DNA of 58,006 nucleotides, counting the filler, from Catajapyx aquilonaris (taxonomy: Eukaryota): the NCBI GenBank assembly GCA_000934665.2. It is 4 parts of 4 records of this genome, joined end to end, with 100 filler letters (N's around TTAATTAATTAA, not from the genome) between each part and the next. Parts side by side here need not be neighbours in the genome. Positions count along the whole stretch, not along the records: positions 43,781 to 58,006 come from JYFJ02007846.1; 3 more parts are not named here. One strand, 5' to 3'. The notes beneath the pieces were generated by a model. It saw only the letters and a list, made by a program, of their open reading frames with translations. It did no database searches and was not told the origin of the DNA. Shown piece by piece: positions 50,892 through 58,006 of the stretch (position 1 is its first letter; each line of letters opens with the position of its first letter). Position numbers and translations under genes: made by a program.

Positions 50892-51330
50892 GAGGCATTC
50901 CACGTCAAGCGGCACACCTTCCGACAAGTGTTTGAGGACCTTGACCAAACTTTAGTGACATGTATGATACTACTCATCGACCTATGCAGGAATCCAAATT
51001 ATTATACCTCTGTGTTGCGTGGTTGCATAACTACAGGGTGGCAAATGTGCCGGTTTTTGAACATTTTTGTTACGTTCGCTGTGACTTATTAGATGGCCAT
51101 ATCTCCTAGAAGGTCAGGTCAAATGTAACATTTGATGTGTCCATTCGAAGGGTAATTTTACGATCTATGAGATGGTGATACTCAAAATGGAAAAATCCAA
51201 AAAATTTAAATCAAAGATGGCGCCCAAAACATTGATTTTGATATTGGTCATGAATCGACCCCTACGATTTCTTTTGAATGGCACTTAACATGACAAGGGC
51301 AATGTTTAGTTCCCATTTCCGAAAAATCTG
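50892..51330 (+). mobile_element. Diverged copy of the left end of the 12765 element
   Basis: gaggcattccacgtcaagcgg...tactcatcgacctatgc...ttatacctctg...ctacagggtg is shared. Confidence 0.75.
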
Positions 51331-51372
51331 GAGAACCCTTTTTCTACGGAAGCCCTGAGGGGCAAGCGTGTA

Positions 51373-51470
51373 TTTTTATATTAGTTCGTCACTTTATATA
51401 TTAGTTCGCCACTTTTTATATTAGTTCGTCACTTTTTATTTTAGTGCGTCCACTTTTATATTAGTCCGTC
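51373..51470. repeat. About 21-bp minisatellite (ttttatattagttcgtcac) x5
   Basis: Direct observation. Confidence 0.85.
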
Positions 51471-52990
51471 AAGTAGCGTTTTTCCAAATGACGTTGCCGG
51501 TAGGAGTAGCTTGCGATACTATTCCGTGGCCAGCCCCGCCGTTGGAAAGTTTCCTAACCCATGTTCCTAACCATACCCGTAGATGCAAACGGCCAGCCTC
51601 CTATTGGCTGACAGGCAACTGTGGGGGGGGTGGGTGGGGGACAGAGTTGAGAAGAGGGCTTGAGGGGTTGGGGTGGGGGACAGGACGACTAATATCCGCG
51701 GGAAACTTGCGAGTCTGGTGTAAAACAGTACCGGCGTTATTGCTGCCCGAATCGCTCTTGCTCTCTCTGGAATATGATAACCGTCTAGTCCAGTGCTGGT
51801 TAAACTTTTTGCTGTCACACCGCCCTTGGGAAAATTCTTATGACCGATACCTCCCATGTTTCCGACTTGAGGACAGAATTTACTAATACTAGATTGTGAC
51901 ATAGTTTTTCATCCCTGGAGATTCTAGAATTTTGTGTACTTAAAATGTGGATAAAACTATTCCTAGTTTTGTGATAACTAACACTACCCTGTCTACACAC
52001 CCTGTCTACACATCCCCAGGAGAGGTGTACCCCACAGTTTAAGAACCCGTCTCTAGTACCAACCTGCCAACGACCTGACTGTTTTCAAGGTAATTCATGG
52101 CTGTATGAATACACCGTACTGATGTGTGCTAATGAATGCAAGGGTGTGCCCAGATAATCGGATATCACGGATAATTCGAAAATGGTCGTATATAATGTAA
52201 AAATTAGCTATACATAGGTTTTTAACTAACTACTGTACATACTGGATGCTGCTTTAATTAAGGTCGAACCACCAAAATAATAAAACTTGTCATACGGTAC
52301 ATTTTTAATACTGTCTTCTAGACAAGGTCTGTTTTTGATTTGTTTGCGAGACATTGACATTCTTTTGCACAATTCGCATTTTATTTCTAACCCTTTCCTT
52401 TTTGGCGATGCACGGATAATCCGCATCTGGATAATTGGGCGTGTATGTTAACGTCTTGAAATATCTTTCTATAGATGACCTAATAATTATGGAAAAGAGA
52501 GACAAACGGACCTTTAACCTTCAAAATTATGGTACCGGTATATCATTAGAAAATGTGACCATAGTTCCACACCAACTTATTTATTTCATTACAGTAAAAA
52601 TGCGTCCCCCTGGTAGACACTGAAAGTAAAATGTAAGTAAAATGCGCTAAAACATGTTAAAACACTGATGATCCACAATCATTCTGAGGCCCACACTCTT
52701 GATAATGTCCAAGAGATGAAATGTTGGGAATAATTCTGAATAATTTGGATTTTTGGAAGCGCGGGGCCTGGCTGTAATGAGGAGGGAAACCCCACTGAGG
52801 GAGAAGCAATGGTGACTCGCTGCACTTATCGAAGGCGAATGCTCGCACATGTTGTTATCAGATAACATAGTTTAAGTTGGGGAGTCCTTTTTACCAGACG
52901 TGTCTGTTTAGTATGTGTTCTTTGCAATGAAAAACGAACATACGATGTTCGTTTCAAGAATCTGGCACATGATGCAGGAAGTTTTTTATA

Positions 52991-54433
52991 CAGGGTGTAA
53001 ATGAATTCAACCGACAAACTTCTAGGGGTGATAGAGGGGACCAAGACAAACATTTTTGACATAGGAAACCGTGTCCGGAAACGCCATCTAGAGGGGGTTC
53101 ATAGACGAGGAACGGGTGCGCTCAGACGCTTCACGCGAGAGGCGCAAGTCGAGCGGACTGTTTTTTGATAGATTGCGCGCAGTTGTTGCCAGGTTATATG
53201 GCGTATCGCGTCGTTGTAAGTAAACAACAACACGATACGCCATAACCTGGCAACAACAGAACCGCGGTTGACTATATCCGCGCGTCTCCTAGGAGGCGGA
53301 CTTTAGTTGCTAGATGACTCTGTTGTTGCCACGTTATGGCACATCGCCAAAGGTGGGCATTAGCTCCTTTAATCAGCTAACAGCTAATAGCTGAACTAAC
53401 TTTTCGCTAGCTGATTAGCTGTTTCCGCTAACTTTTCAGGTCGCTAGCTGACTAATTAGCTCTCACTAAATTAGTGCCGCACTGCAGCTAAATACAATCA
53501 GCTAACAAAATTAATTCGTGTTCCTGTGTCGCTGTCTGTTACTTTTTTAAGTTGCATTGTTTCCACTCCAGGCAGGGATTAATATAGACCAGGGTGGGGG
53601 ACTTCAAGGCCCTAATGGTGGAATATTTTTTTTCTTTTACGCACATATTCAGCTATTTTACCTGTTTGTATGCCCACCTACTATGTGTTGGCAGCCGTTA
53701 GGTACCATCACTACGGTGTGCGGAATTGTTTAAAACGCCCTTTTTTTTGCCGCCGCCCATATACATTGTACTCATATTACAGGGCTAGGTGCCGGATTGT
53801 AAATTCTGTAACTGTCTACCTGTGGCCAAAACTTATTTTCCGATCACTTTGGTGCGCGGATTACATTATAGCTACCAGTTTTTAAATATAAATTTTGCAT
53901 TGCCTGTCTTTGTAGCTTTCTTCTGAGACAAATAAACTTTTTTCCTATTTGGATTTGTTTATTACTTTTTGTATGGAACAGTAAATAACTAAATAAGGCG
54001 TATGTGTAGCAATGCTCTCTAGGCTTTATCAGCTCAGGTCTGGTTTTTAAGGGTCTTGGAGCAAAAAAAAAAAAGGCAGTTAGCTGTTAGCTGTTAGCAT
54101 TAGCTCTAACTAATTTTCTAGCCATTTAGCATTAGCTATTTAGCAAATCCAGTTTTTTATAGTTAGCTGATCAGCTGTTAGAGAAGCTGATTTTTCGGTT
54201 AGCTGTGCCCACCTTTGCACATCGCATCGTTGGTCACTATCCGAGCGCCATCTATCAACAAAACAGACCGCTCGACTTGCGCCTCTCGCGTGAAGCGTCT
54301 GAGCGCACCCGTTCCTCGTCTATGAACCCCCTCTAGATGGCGTTTCCGGACACGGTTTCCTATGTCAAAAATGTTTGTCTTGGTCCCCTCTATCACCCCT
54401 AGAAGTTTGTCGGTTGAATTCATTTACACCCTG
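52991..54433. mobile_element. Tc1/mariner-type MITE with about 170-bp near-perfect TIRs, containing a nested hAT MITE
   Basis: TA|cagggtgtaaatgaattcaaccgac...gtcggttgaattcatttacaccctg|TA. Confidence 0.9.
53348..54217. mobile_element. hAT-type MITE nested in the previous element
   Basis: TIR CAAAGGTGGGCA/TGCCCACCTTTG, 8-bp TSD CACATCGC, subterminal TAGCT/AGCTA repeats. Confidence 0.88.
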
Positions 54434-54821
54434 TATATATTTTCAGTAGGACAATGAAAGAATGGCAATATGCGGGGATTTCTCAGTTTTGTACAATTCC
54501 GTATTAAGTTGCCCGGTGTCTCCCCCGGCGCGGAGCCTGGGGCAGGGGGCCATTTTGCCCCCTCCCCCTCCCCCCCTCCCCCCGGCGGCTCTGAGGCAGA
54601 GATATTATGAAAGCCCACGTATTGGACTTCCCGAATAACGCACTTGCTGATTTTTAGTCGTTGTCCCACAGACCTTTTTTTGGGCGTCGATAATGGCCAA
54701 AATGAGGTTTCTTCAAAATGTGACTTAATTTCTCCGAGTTTATATACTGTATAATGCTAAATAATTTACGAGAGATCAAGTACATCGATATGTCTCCGAT
54801 AATGTATAATAATTTCAAATA

Positions 54822-55434
54822 CCGTATTTACGCGCTGATAAGACGCACCTTTTTTCCGATATTTGTAGCTCAAAAAGTAGGGTGCGTCTTATACTTGTGT
54901 GCGTCTTATACGGCAGGGCACAACGGGTGAAACCGTTTATTGAAAAATTTAAAAACATCGCACATTCGAATCAGTCATCGTCGCTCTCCTCGGCCGTCCC
55001 TGGATCCTTGCAGCTTTTCGGTTTGATGTCCTGTCAGTACAGTTGATCACTTTCCTCTTGAAATCGGCACGGTACGACCTGCGTTTCTCCTTCACTTCCA
55101 TTGTTATGCTCTCGTTATGCTTATACGTTTCAGATGCGTAGCATTGTCCCATTTTCCACATGCCCCCCCCCCCCCTTTTTTTATTACTGNACTGGATTCT
55201 AATGGATTCCACACGCACATGCATTGCACATGCATTGCACACGAGGTTGCACTCGAGGCGAGTTCCCAAACTACGGCAATAAATCTGGGTGCGTCTTATA
55301 TCCCTTATAGTTTACAGTTTATTATAGTTTATTAGTTCCCTTATATCAGTCTACAACCGATTTTCTACGATTTTTCGCCTCAAAACCGGGGTGCGTCTTA
55401 TGCGCGTGTGCGTTTTATATGCGCGTAAATACGG
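54822..55434 (-). mobile_element. pogo-family internal deletion derivative
   Basis: TA|CCGTATTTACGCGC TIRs. Retains MEVKEKRRSYRADFKRKVINCTDRTSNRKAAR (Brinker-like DNA-binding domain start of pogo/POGK-type transposases) at about 55005-55101. Confidence 0.82.
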
Positions 55435-56104
55435 TATATTAATACAATATTACGGCAGTAAAAAATTCCGAAAGATGACAAATTTTGACAAAAACACACA
55501 CATTGCGGGGCCTGTAACTCGTTACGCAATACATATATCGCATACATGATTACATTTTCAAATCCTACGTTCGAAAGAGTCGCTACGACGCGCAGTTTCT
55601 AAGATATTCGATGCTGAAAGTGGCTCGGTTTGAAAGTTGCAATTTGTACCCCTGAACACACAATCCCCTCACCTCTCGTGACATTGAGGACAGCAAAGCG
55701 AAATACTTCGGAAATCTAGAGTTTCGAGATAGGTCTATCTCCCTGCAAAATATTTTGGAATTCGAAAATTCACGAGTATACCTCGTGATGATTTCATGTG
55801 GAATGGGCCGTATGCCTGTTACAAAAAAAATTGGTGCGCGATGGACACTCTCTGACTTCATAATCGGGCGGATTCACCAACATACGAGAAATTTTCCGAT
55901 ACAACGGAAATACGTATACAACATGTTTACATACAATTTCCGTGGCAACGTAACTCTACAACATGCCGGATTCGTCAATATTTTTCTCGTAAATAGTGAA
56001 GTTCGTAGGTAGGTCGTAATAAGTGATCGTTTTGTTGCCTCATGCAACAATAGGAGTAAACAGTGTCACCAAAAATGAACAATGTTCAAAATAATGAACA
56101 AATA

Positions 56105-56265
56105 CAGGCTGTTACAAGTTGGTGGGTCGTTTTTTATAACTGATATCTCCTGATAGTAGTCATTTTTGTAGCTACAAGCTTTGTAGCTGCTTGTAGCTAG
56201 AAAAAGTAACTACTATCAGGCGATATCAGTTATTAAAAACCGACCCACGAACTTGGAACACCCAG
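56105..56265. mobile_element. Short palindromic TA-flanked MITE
   Basis: caggctgttacaagtt...aactgatatctcctgatagtagt is mirrored by actactatcaggcgatatcagtt...aacttggaacacccag. Confidence 0.75.
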
Positions 56266-57302
56266 TATTTTCGGGTGTCCTACTGAGGCGCAGAATAGTT
56301 AGCCTATAGCTGTAACTGTCAGTAGCCGTTATTTTCAATAACAACAATATTTGCATAGTGACAGTTATTGCAAAGTAGCTGTTATTTCCAACCCACCGCT
56401 CCGACGCGACGCGACGAGATTCTGATCGGGGTTATCAGATTCGGGATGATCGGAGGATCTGGGGTAGCTATGTCATATTTAAAATATTTGCAGCCGGTCC
56501 TTTGACCCCAGCTGCACCTTTTCCACCACACGCGTGCAGGAGATACGCCAAAAAAAGCGTCAAATCGTGATAAAAGCAAGCCGCTTTGCAGGATTGTAGT
56601 TTAGACCAAAATAAGCGATTTTGCCCGTGGCGCCATCATTTTCGTCCCTTAGGACCCAAGATGGCGGCCGGTTTTCAAAAAAACCTAAAAGATTCTGTAA
56701 AAAAGCGGCAAATTACTATAACGGCAAGCCACTTTGTAGGAATATTGTCTACACACCAAGGACCGATTTCCCCCGTAGCGCCATCTTTTTAAACCCTTAG
56801 ATCCAAGATGGCGACCGATTTTCCAAAATGGCGGGAAAATTTGAAAATAATCTTACTTAGTCGTGTAAGCTGTAAGGTGTCGTTTATGTGAAATTATGTG
56901 CTTCTGAAACTAAATCAACCATCGTGAAATGGATCCAACCTACCATTACGGCTCCATCGACAGCATTTTAAAAACTTACTTAGGCCTACTGCAAATTGGG
57001 AGATGAAGTCTGTGCTGCCTCGAAATAAAAACTTCTTGGGTATGGCATTTATTTCCGACTACTCTTGGCATTTTGAGGCTAAATGTGACATCAGCAAAAG
57101 TTGTTTGAAGAAATTTAATCTCCTTAAATTTAATTTAATTCACCTTATAATAAACACAAACACCCACACCCACCCACCCAGGCTTTATATTCATGTGTCC
57201 CCTGGAGAAGTCTTGATTTTCCTTTTCACGAGTCCTGGAACAATAAATCATTATTTAATCCGCAGTTTTTATTGCCATGTGTCAATAGATAAACGTACGT
57301 TC

Positions 57303-57890
57303 CTACCTTTTGTTTGAACATTCACTCTTGCAGTTCTTGCAGCCAGGTGTGCAAAGCAGCTGAGCTGCATGGCAGGGGCACCGAAGGGTTTGGCAGGCTG
57401 TCCTGCGTTTGCACAGATCTAGTGCTCTGCATGACTCCCAAATGCTTGGGAGGGTGGTCCATATGGGCTCCCATCCACTTGATTGTAAGGTCCACCCCGA
57501 TGACGAGGGATCCGGAGGAGGATCTCCATGAAAGATGAAGAGACCTGCCCCACACCTGACCAGCCTGGTATGCTGCTCGTAGCAAATGCTGATGGAGTGC
57601 ATCTGAAGTTGGCGGCATCAGCAGGTAGAGGGGTTTGTTCTCCCCGACGAACATATCCCTCCTGAGCATGTCCACCTTGTGTGCCTACACTTTCCACCGT
57701 ACATAATCGCAGTAAAATGTTCTAGTGCATGAATGGTATTTGCAGACAGTTTGTCAGTATAGTCCCGATAGCTTGAAATGCTTCAGTGGCTTATTCCCCA
57801 GACGCTCTCCATGCCCTGTTAAATGCAGAGTTCTTGCCCTTTCCTGAGAAATATGACACAGTGTCACAACCGGAGTATAGTATGGAAGGC
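57303..57890 (-). pseudogene. Academ-type DNA transposon ORF, C-terminal part (frameshifted)
   Basis: YSGCDTVSYFSGKGKNSA, MPPTSDALHQHLLRAAYQAGQVW, DPSSSGW...WEPIWTTLP and a Cys-rich end CxxxRCPCxxxxLLCTPGCKNC. Adjacent caagatggcg repeats lie at about 56650-56830. Confidence 0.75.
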
Positions 57891-58006
57891 ATTTCTTGCG
57901 CAGGCAGAGAATGGACCTTTTAGCCGTGACGTATTTGTTTACCTTTTTTTTTCGCGGCGGCCATGTTGGTTGGGCAGAACCAGCATGGCGGCATGCTGAG
58001 CGGGTT

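Overview
Repeat-rich eukaryotic (arthropod, probably non-dipteran insect) genomic DNA. Three artificial 100-nt linkers (N44-TTAATTAATTAA-N44) split it into four probably unlinked segments of 14-15 kb. Segment 1 holds the 3' half of an angiomotin gene on the minus strand. It has a GC-AG intron, a candidate 28-nt frame-switching micro-exon and a terminal exon readable in two frames, giving a short ...YWRV* or a long ...KYTIKL* C-terminus. Segment 3 holds three coding exons of a BarH-family homeobox gene on the plus strand; its first exon was not found. The rest is mostly transposable elements: tRNA-derived SINEs sharing a covarying core hairpin, an RNase H-bearing LINE inserted into a SINE A-box, mariner/Tc1/pogo/Harbinger/Academ transposase relics, many MITEs and microsatellites. 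There is also a 687-nt poly-A run that is probably an artefact. All family assignments come from motifs recognised by eye, not from database searches.
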